Assembly (NCBI GenBank): GCA_963750165.1
Contig: CAVVPN010000011.1
Span: 64,001-128,000 of the forward strand
DNA from: an uncultured Gemmataceae bacterium
GTDB lineage: Bacteria > Planctomycetota > Planctomycetia > Gemmatales > Gemmataceae
Reading direction: 5' to 3'
DNA length: 64,000 bases
This document shows positions 1-9,156 of this stretch, one piece after another. The first letter of the stretch is position 1. Each line of letters opens with the position of its first letter. The translations under genes were made by a program, and so were the position numbers. The notes below the pieces were generated by a model, which saw nothing but the letters and a program-made list of their open reading frames with translations, had not been told where the DNA came from and made no database searches.

Positions 1-1035
1 GACGCGCTTGATCAGCGATGCCAGCACGCCGGCGCTGAAGGCGGCGCCGAACGCCCGATACAGTTCGCCGTACACCAGTTCGGCACCGCCGACGCCGCCG
101 GGCGTCACGAACAGCGCCTGGGCGGTCATGCCGAACGGCACGAACAGGAAATGCATACCCAGCGCCGGCAGTTCGTCCGCCGGCGTCAGCGTCCGGGCGG
201 CACAGTAGAACACCGCGATGAAGCCGAGGTGCGCCACCATCGACATGACCAGGGCCAGACCGACGGCCCGACCGCGGCGGCGGTACAGGTAGACCGCCCC
301 CCAGCACTCCGCCAGCGCCGGCCCCACCCAGCGGCGCCGGCCCAGCCAGGCGGCCAGCCCCTGGGCCTGGGCGTCGCCCAGCCGGCCCAGCGCCAGCCAG
401 AATAGCACCGAGCCGGCCACGACGCCCAGGGCCACGCCCGTGAGCCCCTGCAGCCAGGCGACCATGCCGGCACGCTCCGCCGCCGGCAGCGTTTCGGCCG
501 GCAGCGTCTCCAGCACGCCGGTCGCCCAGAACGTCCCGCCCAGCAGCGCGACCACCCAGAGCAGGCCGCACAGGCCGATGACGCGGTCCAGAATCACGGT
601 GGCGACGGCGGCCGTGCGGCGGTCCTGTTCGCGGGCGATGAACGTCGCCTTGATGATGTCGCCGCCGACCGAGCCGGGCAGGAAGGTGTTGAAGTAGTTG
701 CCGATCATGCCCAGGCGCAGGGCGTTGGGCAGTGTGAAGGGCAGGCCCTGGGCGCGGACGAGCAGGAACCAGCGCACAAAGGTCACCAGCAGGCCGGCCG
801 TGTACAGGGCGGCCCCGAGAAGCAAGGGGACGAAATGGATCGGCTGTTTCAGGGCGTCGGCCAACCCTTTGCGGCCGCCGCCGGGCCGCCAGTTGAACCA
901 GACCACAACGGCCAGCAGACCGAAGCCGAGCACATATTTCAGAACGGGCAGCCACCAGGATTTTTTCACGACGGTCCCCAGGACGGAAGCGGGCCGCACA
1001 GTCCCCTGGCGGCCGTTGACCAGCATCGTTCCCAT
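1..1035 (-). CDS. Lysylphosphatidylglycerol synthase TM-domain / UPF0104 flippase-like membrane protein (3' end runs off window)
   Basis: Manual translation of an open frame absent from the ORF track: multiple hydrophobic helices, RW..L..AQG, GNYFNTFLPGSVGGDIIKA, ATVILDR and TPGGVG motifs. Start may be the later GTG near 969. Confidence 0.8.
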   Translation of the reverse strand, partial: MGTMLVNGRQGTVRPASVLGTVVKKSWWLPVLKYVLGFGLLAVVVWFNWRPGGGRKGLADALKQPIHFVPLLLGAALYTAGLLVTFVRWFLLVRAQGLPFTLPNALRLGMIGNYFNTFLPGSVGGDIIKATFIAREQDRRTAAVATVILDRVIGLCGLLWVVALLGGTFWATGVLETLPAETLPAAERAGMVAWLQGLTGVALGVVAGSVLFWLALGRLGDAQAQGLAAWLGRRRWVGPALAECWGAVYLYRRRGRAVGLALVMSMVAHLGFIAVFYCAARTLTPADELPALGMHFLFVPFGMTAQALFVTPGGVGGAELVYGELYRAFGAAFSAGVLASLIKRV

Positions 1036-1436
1036 TGTGCTTGCCCTGGCGATTGCTGTCCAGCGAGGTTTTTCCGCACGGCCGCCTGACGGGGCCGAAC
1101 AAGCATAGCCCGACGGCGGTCGCCGTGACTGGTATTCCAGGAGACAGCCCCTCTTGTGCCCAGCGGCCCAAACGACCGGCTCGCTACCCTGCTGGCCACG
1201 CACGTCCGCACCAGCCTTCCGGTTCGTGTCCCGAAGCCCCCTATCCCTTCGCGCGGGTTTCCCGTATGCTACAAACTACTGGGCCTCGTGAACCGGACCC
1301 TGGACGGATCGCATTTCCGCTATCTTTCCATTCCCCTTCCCCGTCCCACGCGGACACCCCAAGTAATACGCCGGGCGGCGCCAACCCGTTGTGGGCCACA
1401 GCACCCTCCCGGCTGCTTTCTCCAGGAGGCCCTTTC

Positions 1437-1775
1437 ATGGGCAAGAAGTTGTACGTGGGCAATCTGACCTACGGCGTCACCGACGGCGACCTGCAAACGA
1501 TGTTCGAGGCGCACGGCTCGGTGCAGTCCGCCCAGGTCATCATGGACCGCGACACCGGCCGCTCCAAGGGCTTCGGGTTCGTGGAAATGGGCTCCGACCA
1601 GGAAGCCCAGGCGGCCATCACCGCCCTCAACGGCAAGGAGGTGGACGGCCGCGCCCTGACCGTCAACGAAGCCCGGCCCCGGGAAGGCGGCGGTGGCGGT
1701 GGCGGTGGCGGCGGCCGCGGCGGCTACGGCGGCGGCCGCGGCGGCAGCGGTGGCGGCGGCGGTCGTCGATACTAA
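1437..1775 (+). CDS. RRM RNA-binding protein with Gly/Arg-rich tail
   Basis: MGKKLYVGNL (RNP2), SKGFGFVEM (RNP1), GGGRGGYGGGRGG tail; AGGAGG upstream. Confidence 0.95.
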   Translation: MGKKLYVGNLTYGVTDGDLQTMFEAHGSVQSAQVIMDRDTGRSKGFGFVEMGSDQEAQAAITALNGKEVDGRALTVNEARPREGGGGGGGGGGRGGYGGGRGGSGGGGGRRY

Positions 1776-1788
1776 AATCCAGGACGAG

Positions 1789-1830
1789 GACGCCCCCGCC
1801 TGTGCCGGCACGGGCGGGGGCGCGTCATTT
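1789..1830 (+). terminator. GC-rich hairpin between the RRM gene and rpsA (terminator or processing site)
   Basis: cgcccccgcc...ggcgggggcg stem with only a short U-tract. Confidence 0.4.
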
Positions 1831-1906
1831 CCAGTGCCGAGCACAACCGATTCGCGGAAAGCAGGCCCTGTTGCCGACGGGGCCAATGAAAGGAGGCCGC
1901 GACGAC

Positions 1907-3718
1907 ATGGTGAACCGTACCCTGCTCCGCAATTACGAGCCGACCGAGGACGACCTCCGGCAAGAACTGGACGCCGCCTTCGGCCACGAGGGCGACGACT
2001 GGCTGCCCGCGGAGCTGCAAACCTTCCGTGACAATCGCGTCGTCACCGGCCGCGTGCGCAAGGTTACCGCCGAGGCGGTCTGGGTGGACGTCGGCTACAA
2101 GAGCGAAGGCGCCGTCGAGCTGCGCGAGTGGTTCGATGAGGCCCTCGGTCGCGTGGTCCCGCCGCAGATCGGCGACGAGATCGAGGTGCTGCTCGAAGCG
2201 GTCGAGGACGACACCGGCACCGTCGTCCTGAGCTACCGCAAGGCGAAACGGCAGCGCGAGTGGGATGACGTGCTCGCCAAATACAAGGAGGGCGACGCCG
2301 TCTCCGGCCCCGTCACGCGCAAGGTCAAGGGCGGACTGCTGGTCAACATCGGCGTCAACGTCTTCCTGCCCGCCAGCCAGGTGGATGTCCGCCGCATTCC
2401 GGACCTGGGCGACCTGCTCGGCAAGACCGTCGAGTGCAAGATCATGATTATCGACCGGGACCGCCGCAACATCGTCGTCAGCCGCCGCAAGCTGATCGAG
2501 GACCAGCGTGCCATCCTCAAGCAGCAGGTGCTGGCCGAGATCGAGCCCGGCCAGATCCGCAAGGGTGTCGTCAAGAATATCGCCGCGTTCGGTGCCTTCG
2601 TGGACCTCGGCGGCATCGACGGCCTCTTGCACGTCACCGACATGAGCTGGGGCCGCGTCACCAGTCCCGAAGATGTGGTGCGCATCGACCAGGAGCTGGA
2701 GGTGTACGTCATCCGGGTGGACCGCGAGAAGGAGAAGGTCGCGCTCGGCCTGAAGCAGAAGACGCCGAGCCCGTGGGCCAACGCCGAGGGCAGATACCCG
2801 GTCGGCAGCCGGCACACCGGCGAGGTCGTCAACGTCATGAGCTACGGCGCCTTCGTCAAACTGGAGCCGGGTATCGAGGGCCTGGTGCATATCAGCGAGA
2901 TGAGCTGGACCAAACGCATCAACCACCCCAGCGAACTGGTCAACATCGGCGACAAGGTTGAGGTGCAGGTCCTGAACGTCAACAAGGAAAAGCAGGAAAT
3001 CTCGCTGGGCATCAAGCAGGCGCAGCCCAACCCCTGGGACGCGGTGGCCGAGAAGTACCCGCCGGGCACGAAAGTCACCGGCGTGGTCCGCAACCTCACG
3101 AATTACGGCGCCTTCATCGAGATCGAGGAGGGGGTGGACGGCATGCTGCATGTCGGCGACATGAGCTGGGTACGCAAGGTCGGCCATCCCTCCGAGGTCG
3201 TCAGCAAGGGCCAGCAGGTGACCTGCGTCGTGCTCAGCGTGGACCGGGAGCGCCGGCGAATGGCCCTGGGGCTGAAGCAGCTGGCGGGCGACCCGTGGGA
3301 GGGCGACATCCCCGAGCGCTACCATCCCGGCGATCTCAAAAAGGGCAAGGTCACCAAGCTCACCGGCTTCGGCGTCTTTGTCGAACTGGAGCCCGGCCTC
3401 GAAGGACTGCTGCACGTCAGCGAACTGGCCGACCACAAGGTCGAGAACCCCGAGGAACTTGTCAAGGTCGGCGACGAGCTGGAGGTCAAGATTCTGCGCG
3501 TCGATCCGGGCGACCGTAAGATCGGCCTGAGTCGCAAGCGCCTGACGCCGGGCGAGGACGGCGCCGAGGACAGCGCCGAGGAGGCAGCCACGACGCCGGC
3601 CGCCAAACCGCGCGAGCTGCGCGGCGGCACCGGCTCGACTACCGGCCGCGGCCTCATGCTGCCTGAGCGAAAGGAAGAAGCCCAGGCCGGTCCCGGGCCG
3701 GACGAGGGCGGGCGCTGA
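1907..3718 (+). CDS. rpsA: 30S ribosomal protein S1 (six S1 domains); possibly a second copy
   Basis: VDVGYKSEG, FLPASQVD, FGAFVDLGGIDGLLHVTDMSW, GLVHISEMSW repeats; AAGGAGG upstream of ATG 1907. Confidence 0.93.
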   Translation: MVNRTLLRNYEPTEDDLRQELDAAFGHEGDDWLPAELQTFRDNRVVTGRVRKVTAEAVWVDVGYKSEGAVELREWFDEALGRVVPPQIGDEIEVLLEAVEDDTGTVVLSYRKAKRQREWDDVLAKYKEGDAVSGPVTRKVKGGLLVNIGVNVFLPASQVDVRRIPDLGDLLGKTVECKIMIIDRDRRNIVVSRRKLIEDQRAILKQQVLAEIEPGQIRKGVVKNIAAFGAFVDLGGIDGLLHVTDMSWGRVTSPEDVVRIDQELEVYVIRVDREKEKVALGLKQKTPSPWANAEGRYPVGSRHTGEVVNVMSYGAFVKLEPGIEGLVHISEMSWTKRINHPSELVNIGDKVEVQVLNVNKEKQEISLGIKQAQPNPWDAVAEKYPPGTKVTGVVRNLTNYGAFIEIEEGVDGMLHVGDMSWVRKVGHPSEVVSKGQQVTCVVLSVDRERRRMALGLKQLAGDPWEGDIPERYHPGDLKKGKVTKLTGFGVFVELEPGLEGLLHVSELADHKVENPEELVKVGDELEVKILRVDPGDRKIGLSRKRLTPGEDGAEDSAEEAATTPAAKPRELRGGTGSTTGRGLMLPERKEEAQAGPGPDEGGR

Positions 3719-3771
3719 AGCCGACATCAAGGGGGAAGAGGCCAGAGTCCACCAGCCACCGGAGAACGCAA

Positions 3772-4165
3772 ATGCACGAAACCATGCAGGCACACTTCCG
3801 GACCCTGGAAGGGGCGGTACAGGCCACGGGGCTGCCGACCGACCGCAAGGAAACCATCGCCGGCGCCATCAAGCGGTTGGCGGAGTTGTACGCCAAACTG
3901 CGGCAGACGGACGAGAGCCGATACCTGGACGACATCACCCGCACGGTCCAGGCCGTGCTCGTGGACCTGTCGGCCTGCCCGGAGGCGCAGAAACTGGACG
4001 GCGCCTTCCGCGAGGGGCTGCGCCTGCTTCACGAGCAATTGGGCTTGCCCGCGTTGCGGCTGAAGCCGCCGAGCGCCCCGGCCCTCCCTCCGCGCAAGGT
4101 CGCGCGAGCCGCGCGGGAAATCGACCAGGGCGGCGAAGGGGCGTGCGGAAACGGGAGCGCCGTGA
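3772..4165 (+). CDS. Hypothetical helical protein (about 130 aa); probable 1-nt insertion near 4115
   Basis: GGAG RBS and coding-like codon usage. Removing one G from gcgcgggaaa gives a basic tail ARKSTRAAKGRAETGAP ending at TGA 4163-4165, just before a REP hairpin. Confidence 0.6.
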
Positions 4166-4178
4166 AGGTTCGTGGTGA

Positions 4179-4239
4179 GTCGGAGCCCGAGCGCCAGCGC
4201 GGGGCAGCGTTGGCCCCGCGCTGGCGTTCGGGCTCCGAC
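4179..4239. repeat. REP-like palindrome, family C (AGCCCGAGCGCCAGCG)
   Basis: 27-bp near-perfect inverted arms; second copy at 41742-41793. Confidence 0.85.
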
Positions 4240-4252
4240 CAGGAGGGCCGTC

Positions 4253-4447
4253 ATGGCAGAGACGAAGACCCTGGAGCAGCGGCAAAAGGAACTGCAAGCG
4301 CTGCTCGCCGACCCGGCGGGCCGGGAGGAGTTGCACAGGCTGGAGGCCCGCTACCAGGCGGCGGCCGGGCGACTGCGGGCCGCGAACACGTCGCTCATTA
4401 CTTATCTTCTGGTCCACGAGCGGGAGCGGGGGCTCATTGTCGGGTGA
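4253..4447 (+). CDS. Small hypothetical protein (64 aa)
   Basis: AGGAGG RBS; MAETKTLEQRQKELQALL...SLITYLLVHERERGLIVG. Confidence 0.7.
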   Translation: MAETKTLEQRQKELQALLADPAGREELHRLEARYQAAAGRLRAANTSLITYLLVHERERGLIVG

Positions 4448-4473
4448 CCCCCCTGCTGCAGAAAGGACATCCC

Positions 4474-4737
4474 ATGGCCGCGCCGCCGATCGAACGACTG
4501 AAAATGGAACTGGACGACGCCTGCACCTTCCTGAAGGCATTCACGCTTGGGAAGCGCGGTTTCACACAACGGGATGGTGCCGCCGGGGTGCGCCGCGTGA
4601 GCGAGGCGTCCGCCCGGCTGAAGGCGGGTCTTCCCACCGGGGCAGTGGGTCAGGAGATCACGGCAGTTCTGGCCGCGGCCCAGGGCTGCATCGAAGCCGC
4701 TCAGGCACGCCTGGCGCTGTTGAACGCGGCGTCGTGA
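4474..4737 (+). CDS. Small hypothetical protein (87 aa)
   Basis: AAAGGA RBS; MAAPPIERLKMELDDACTFLKAFTLGKRGFTQRDG. Confidence 0.65.
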   Translation: MAAPPIERLKMELDDACTFLKAFTLGKRGFTQRDGAAGVRRVSEASARLKAGLPTGAVGQEITAVLAAAQGCIEAAQARLALLNAAS

Positions 4738-4772
4738 CCTGGGCATGTCCGGCTAGACTCAGAAGGCCCTGC

Positions 4773-4967
4773 TCATGGCGTCACTGCAAATACGTGGTTC
4801 ATCTGCGGAATTGGCTCGCCGTGGTCGAGCACCCGCAAGGAGAGCGCCTGCGCGCGGTCGATGGCTTCCTGGCGGGTTTGACCATAGCTCAAAACGCCCG
4901 GCAGCTCCGGTACTTCCGCAAGCCAGCGGCCATCCTCCTCTTGCTCGACTTCGACCGTCAGTGGCAT
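4773..4967 (-). CDS. hicB: HicB-family antitoxin (orphan)
   Basis: VEVEQEEDGRWLAEVPELPGVLSYGQTRQEAI signature; GAGGAG RBS. Confidence 0.85.
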   Translation of the reverse strand: MPLTVEVEQEEDGRWLAEVPELPGVLSYGQTRQEAIDRAQALSLRVLDHGEPIPQMNHVFAVTP

Positions 4968-5004
4968 AGGGCTCCTCCTCCGGTTATCGAAGGCTGGCAG
5001 CCCC

Positions 5005-5229
5005 CTAGCGCAAGTGTCGGGGCTTCGTGTCGCCCGCCGTGCCCCGCGCCAGCCGCTCGGCTTCGCCTTCGTTCGTGATGCCACTTTGGATGAGCGTGTG
5101 GTAGCCGGGACGAGCCTGCTCCATCTCTTCCCACTCGCCCTGCGAGCAGATCGCGTTCATCCCCTCGGGATGGTTGTTGAGGGTCATTTTGTAGACGACC
5201 CACGACACCGCCTTTTCTTCCGTCGCCAT
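5005..5229 (-). CDS. Small hypothetical protein (74 aa)
   Basis: GGAGG RBS; WVVYKMT...NAICSQGEWEEME...ITNEGEAERLARG. Confidence 0.7.
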   Translation of the reverse strand: MATEEKAVSWVVYKMTLNNHPEGMNAICSQGEWEEMEQARPGYHTLIQSGITNEGEAERLARGTAGDTKPRHLR

Positions 5230-5340
5230 CGCGTCTGCCCTCCGGTTCCAGTGCCCAAAGGGTATCATATCAGAGCCGGATGGTGGGCACAAGGAACTGC
5301 GCAGTGTGCGGCACGGTTCTTGCGGTGTTTCGGTCAGGTA

Positions 5341-6291
5341 TCATTGCTGCTGCTGCTCCGCCCCCTCGTCGTCGCCGCGCCGCGCCGGCCGGGGGCTGAC
5401 GATCGCCGTCAGCGGCACGTTCAGCGGCGGCAGCTGTTCCTGCCACGACAGCGACGGCACACGCTCCATCTGGCGCGTCTCGACGCGGACGAAGATCGAC
5501 TCCTCGGCCCGGCCGCGGAAGACGCCCCGGTTGGGCGGCACATCGGTGAAGTCGCGGCCGGTGGCCACCTTGACGAAATACTCGTCGGCGGGACAGTCGT
5601 TGGTCGGGTCGATACCGACCCAGCCGGCGTCGGGCAGCAGGGCCTCGCACCAGGCGTGGCTCTGGGATTGCTTGTCGGGGCGGTGGATGTAGCCGCTGAC
5701 GTAGCGGGCGGGCACCCCGAGCGACCGCAGCACCGCGATCATCAGGTGCGTGAAGTCCTGGCAGACGCCCTTGCCGTGTTCCAGCACGTCATCAATCGGG
5801 GAACTCGCCAGGGTCACGTCCCGAGCGTACTCGAAGTGGTCGTGGATGTAGGTGCCGATCCGGGCGACCGCCTCCGCCAGCCGGGCGCCGCGGGCCGGGC
5901 GCAGCGTCTCGACCAGGCGGACCAGGCGCGGGCCTGGGCGGATTGGGCCGCGGAACTTCAAAAAGTCCAGCGCTTCCAGCCGCGCGTCGCCGAGGTCGCA
6001 CGGATAGGTCGCGACACTCGCGGCGGAACCGCACGGCTCCGGGGCCGTCTCGACGATGCTGGCCGCCAAGATACGCACCTGGCCGCGGATGGCGAGCAGG
6101 TTGAAGTGGTGGACGTGGTTGCCGAACCCGTCCTGGTAGCGGTACGCCTCGGCCGCAGGCGACACCGCCAGGTGGAACGAGTGGCAGCTCTGGCGGGCGT
6201 CGGAGGCCGGCTCCATGCGCACCTCGGACACCCACTCGGCCACCGCCTCGGTGTACTCGAACCGCGTCTCGTGCTGCACTTCGAGGATCAT
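5341..6291 (-). CDS. Transglutaminase-family protein
   Basis: N-terminal H.TRFEY / DGFGNHVH domain; catalytic GVCQDF, SHAW, GIDPTN; GRDFTDVPP. Confidence 0.93.
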   Translation of the reverse strand: MILEVQHETRFEYTEAVAEWVSEVRMEPASDARQSCHSFHLAVSPAAEAYRYQDGFGNHVHHFNLLAIRGQVRILAASIVETAPEPCGSAASVATYPCDLGDARLEALDFLKFRGPIRPGPRLVRLVETLRPARGARLAEAVARIGTYIHDHFEYARDVTLASSPIDDVLEHGKGVCQDFTHLMIAVLRSLGVPARYVSGYIHRPDKQSQSHAWCEALLPDAGWVGIDPTNDCPADEYFVKVATGRDFTDVPPNRGVFRGRAEESIFVRVETRQMERVPSLSWQEQLPPLNVPLTAIVSPRPARRGDDEGAEQQQQ

Positions 6292-6308
6292 TCGTTTCAA
6301 TCCAGGAA

Positions 6309-6347
6309 ATTCACCGCAGAGCGCGCTCCGCGTGCTCTGCGGTGAAT
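6309..6347. repeat. Intergenic palindrome (TTCACCGCAGAG...CTCTGCGGTGAA)
   Basis: 17-bp arms with one mismatch between the alpha-E and transglutaminase genes. Confidence 0.8.
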
Positions 6348-6355
6348 ATTTATTA

Positions 6356-7315
6356 CTATCGGAGTGAATACGCCTCCTGCACCGCCCGGCCCACCTGGCC
6401 GCACTTCTCCTGCACTCCGCCCAGGAACAGGTGCAGACCTTCTTGCAAGACCTGCCCGACCTCCGCGTATTGCAGGTCGCTGAGGACCCGGCCCAGGATC
6501 CGGCCGACCTTGCTGACCTGCTGCGCCGCGGCCGCCCCCTCGATCGCCGTCAGCGCCCGCGCCGCCTCCTCCAGGCTGAACCGCACCGAGCGCGGGAATG
6601 TCGGATGCAGCAGCAGAAACTCGACGACGCGCTCCGGCTCCACCCGGCCGACGTACAGCCGCTGATACCCCTCATATGCGCTGCAGCTGCGCAGCACGGC
6701 GGCCCATTGCAGGTTGGACAGCGACAGGTCAGCCGGGTCGTCCAGGCCGCGGAGCAGGTGATACTGGATGTCCAGAATGCGGAGCGTCTTGTCGGCGCGC
6801 TCCAGGAACTTGCCGAGCTGGATGAACTGCCAGCCCTCATCGCGGGCCAGTGTGGCGTCGCACACCCCCTGGAACAGATGACTGCCGCACTCCACCGCCT
6901 GGTAGAACTCGTGCGGCGAGTCCTCCGCCCGGCGACAGAAGTCTGGGTCGCGAAGCTGCAAGTACAGCTTGTTCAGCTCGCGCCACATTCGCAGGTTGAT
7001 CGAGCCGCGGATGCTGCGGGCGTTGGCCCGGGCGCGCGTGACGCAGGACATGATGCTGGTCGGGTTGTCCAGGTCGAACGTCAGCCAGCGGCTGATGCGG
7101 GCGTGCCGGGCCACGTCCGCTCCACCTTCCAGGGGCGGCACGGTCTGTTGCAGGATGGCCGCCAGGGCGCTCCACTGGAACTCGTGCGGCCCGGCCAACA
7201 CGCCGCGCAGGTCCAGCTCCAGGTGGAAGCACACGTCCAGCAGCCGGGCCACGTGCTCGGCACGCTCCACGTAGCGGCTCATCCAGAACAGGGCGTCGGC
7301 GACACGACTCAGCAT
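6356..7315 (-). CDS. Alpha-E domain protein (DUF403)
   Basis: MLSRVADALFWMSRYVERAE, FIQLGKFLERADKT, FPRSVRFSL. Confidence 0.93.
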   Translation of the reverse strand: MLSRVADALFWMSRYVERAEHVARLLDVCFHLELDLRGVLAGPHEFQWSALAAILQQTVPPLEGGADVARHARISRWLTFDLDNPTSIMSCVTRARANARSIRGSINLRMWRELNKLYLQLRDPDFCRRAEDSPHEFYQAVECGSHLFQGVCDATLARDEGWQFIQLGKFLERADKTLRILDIQYHLLRGLDDPADLSLSNLQWAAVLRSCSAYEGYQRLYVGRVEPERVVEFLLLHPTFPRSVRFSLEEAARALTAIEGAAAAQQVSKVGRILGRVLSDLQYAEVGQVLQEGLHLFLGGVQEKCGQVGRAVQEAYSLR

Positions 7316-7386
7316 AGAAGTCAGAGGTCAGAGGTCAGAGGTCAGAGGTCAGATCTGTGTCTTGGCTTTCTGACTTCTGACCTCTG
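7316..7386. repeat. Inverted heptamer tandem array (GTCAGAG)n...(CTCTGAC)n
   Basis: About 5 units, a spacer, then 2-3 inverted units; fills the whole intergenic gap. Confidence 0.9.
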
Positions 7387-7387
7387 G

Positions 7388-8869
7388 TTATTTCGCAAGC
7401 ACCCACGTATCCTTGCTGCCCCCGCCCTGCGAGCTGTTCACCACCAGACTGCCGCGCGGCAGCGCCACCCGCGTCAGGGCGCCGGGGACGATGGTGATCT
7501 TCTCGCCGCACAGCACGAACGGCCGCAGATCGACGTGCCGTCCCTCCAACCGCCCGTCCACGAACGTCGGATGCTGCGACAGCGGCACCACCGGCTGGGC
7601 GATGTAGTCGCGCGGCTGGGCCGTGAGCCGGGCGCGGAACTCGGCCCGCTGCTCCGCCGTCGAGGCCGGCCCGATCAGCATCCCGTAGCCGCCCGACTCG
7701 TTCACCGCCTTGACCACCAGCCGGTCGAGGTTGGCCAGCACGTGACTCAGGTGCGCGGGGACCATCGGCCGGTACGTCTCGACGTTGGCGAGGACCGGAT
7801 CCTGCTTGAGATAATAGCGAATCATGTCCGGGACGAATGGGTATATTCCCTTGTCGTCGGCGATGCCGGTGCCGATGCTGTTCGCCAGCGCCACATTGCC
7901 GGCCCGGTAGGCGTTCACCAGCCCGGCCACCCCCAGACTGCTGTCCAGTCGGAACGCCAGCGGGTCCAGGAAGTCGTCGTCGATGCGGCGGTAGATCACG
8001 TCCACCCGCTCACGGCCGCGCGTGGTCCGCGTGTAGACCCGGTTCTGATCGACGAACAGGTCGCGTCCCTCGACCAACTCAACCCCCATGCGCTGGGCCA
8101 GGAACGTGTGCTCGAAGTACGCCGAGTTGTAGATGCCCGGGCTGAGCAGCACCACCGTCGGGTCGGCCCGGCCGCCGGGGGCGATGAACTTCAGCACGTC
8201 GAGCAACGCGGCCGGGTAGTCGTCGGTCGCCCGCACGTCGAACGGCTCGAAAATCTGCGGGAACGTCCGCTTGAGCACCTGCCGGTTTTGCAGCATGTAG
8301 CTGACGCCCGACGGCGTGCGACCGTTGTCCTCCAGGACAAGGTACTGGCCGTCGGCGTCGCGCACCAGGTCGGTGCCGCAGACGTGGATGTAGATGTCGC
8401 GCGGGACCGCCGCCCCCATGAACTCGCGGCGGAAGTACGCTCCTTCGTACACCAGCCGCGGCTCGATGACCCGATCGCGGAGGATGAACTGTTCGTGGTA
8501 AACGTCCTTGAGGAACAGGTTCAGCGCCGTGAGCCGCTGCACCAGTCCGCGTTCGATGGTGTGCCACTCGTGGGCCGGGATGATCCGCGGCACCGGGTCC
8601 ATCGGCCAGACGCGCTCGATGCCCTCTTCCTGCCGGTACACGGTGAAACCAACGCCGTCCTGCAACATGGACAGGTCGGTCATCGCCTTGCGACGGCGGA
8701 ACTCGTCCGGCGCCAGCCCCTGCAGCCGGCCGTGCAGCGCCTCGTAGTGGGGGCGGGGGCGCAGTTCCTGATCAAACATCTCGTCGTAGGCCGCGCCGAG
8801 CGAGTACCCCTGGAACAGGGAGTCGGCGGACTGCCCGGGGACTGCCCAGGTTGGGTTGCTCATGGCCAT
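7388..8869 (-). CDS. Circularly permuted type 2 ATP-grasp protein (DUF404/DUF407)
   Basis: [54 protein letters not shown]. Confidence 0.95.
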   Translation of the reverse strand: MAMSNPTWAVPGQSADSLFQGYSLGAAYDEMFDQELRPRPHYEALHGRLQGLAPDEFRRRKAMTDLSMLQDGVGFTVYRQEEGIERVWPMDPVPRIIPAHEWHTIERGLVQRLTALNLFLKDVYHEQFILRDRVIEPRLVYEGAYFRREFMGAAVPRDIYIHVCGTDLVRDADGQYLVLEDNGRTPSGVSYMLQNRQVLKRTFPQIFEPFDVRATDDYPAALLDVLKFIAPGGRADPTVVLLSPGIYNSAYFEHTFLAQRMGVELVEGRDLFVDQNRVYTRTTRGRERVDVIYRRIDDDFLDPLAFRLDSSLGVAGLVNAYRAGNVALANSIGTGIADDKGIYPFVPDMIRYYLKQDPVLANVETYRPMVPAHLSHVLANLDRLVVKAVNESGGYGMLIGPASTAEQRAEFRARLTAQPRDYIAQPVVPLSQHPTFVDGRLEGRHVDLRPFVLCGEKITIVPGALTRVALPRGSLVVNSSQGGGSKDTWVLAK

Positions 8870-8913
8870 GAAGGGCTCACATCCAGGAAGGAGCCAACGC
8901 GGCCCCTGCCCGC

Positions 8914-8922
8914 ATTGTAGCA
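8914..8922 (-). promoter_or_regulatory. Extended -10 promoter element for the ATP-grasp operon
   Basis: TGcTACAAT about 45 nt upstream of the start codon. Confidence 0.5.
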
Positions 8923-9022
8923 GCGAATGCTAGAACGAGCGGCAGCATCGACCTCGGCCCTGCCGTTCCGGCCGATTTCTGTTTTGGTGGCCGCGGTACA
9001 AACCGATGAAACACCAAGGCTT

Positions 9023-9156
9023 ACACGCACGTTGCTCCGTTGGGAAGGACGTGCGAGCCACACCGCGCAGGAGATGGTGATGAAAGCAAATGGCATACCT
9101 TTGACGCTTTTCCATCCCCAAGGTGTGCCTCCGGGCCCTTCCTTGCTGCGTAGTGC
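9023..9156 (-). ncRNA. Candidate structured small RNA (long imperfect rod)
   Basis: Five nested helices found by eye; several plus-strand A-C mismatches become G-U pairs on the minus strand. Confidence 0.4.

Noticed and set aside
3772..4737. Single 321-aa ORF in the track
   Set aside because: It reads through a REP hairpin and over a separate RBS-led gene in another frame; better explained as three small genes plus one indel.
6431..8920. Long antisense ORFs (also 1772-3793, 9674-11464, 43897-46203, 47520-49511, 55232-56995)
   Set aside because: Shadow frames of real genes, expected in high-GC DNA; no motifs or RBS.
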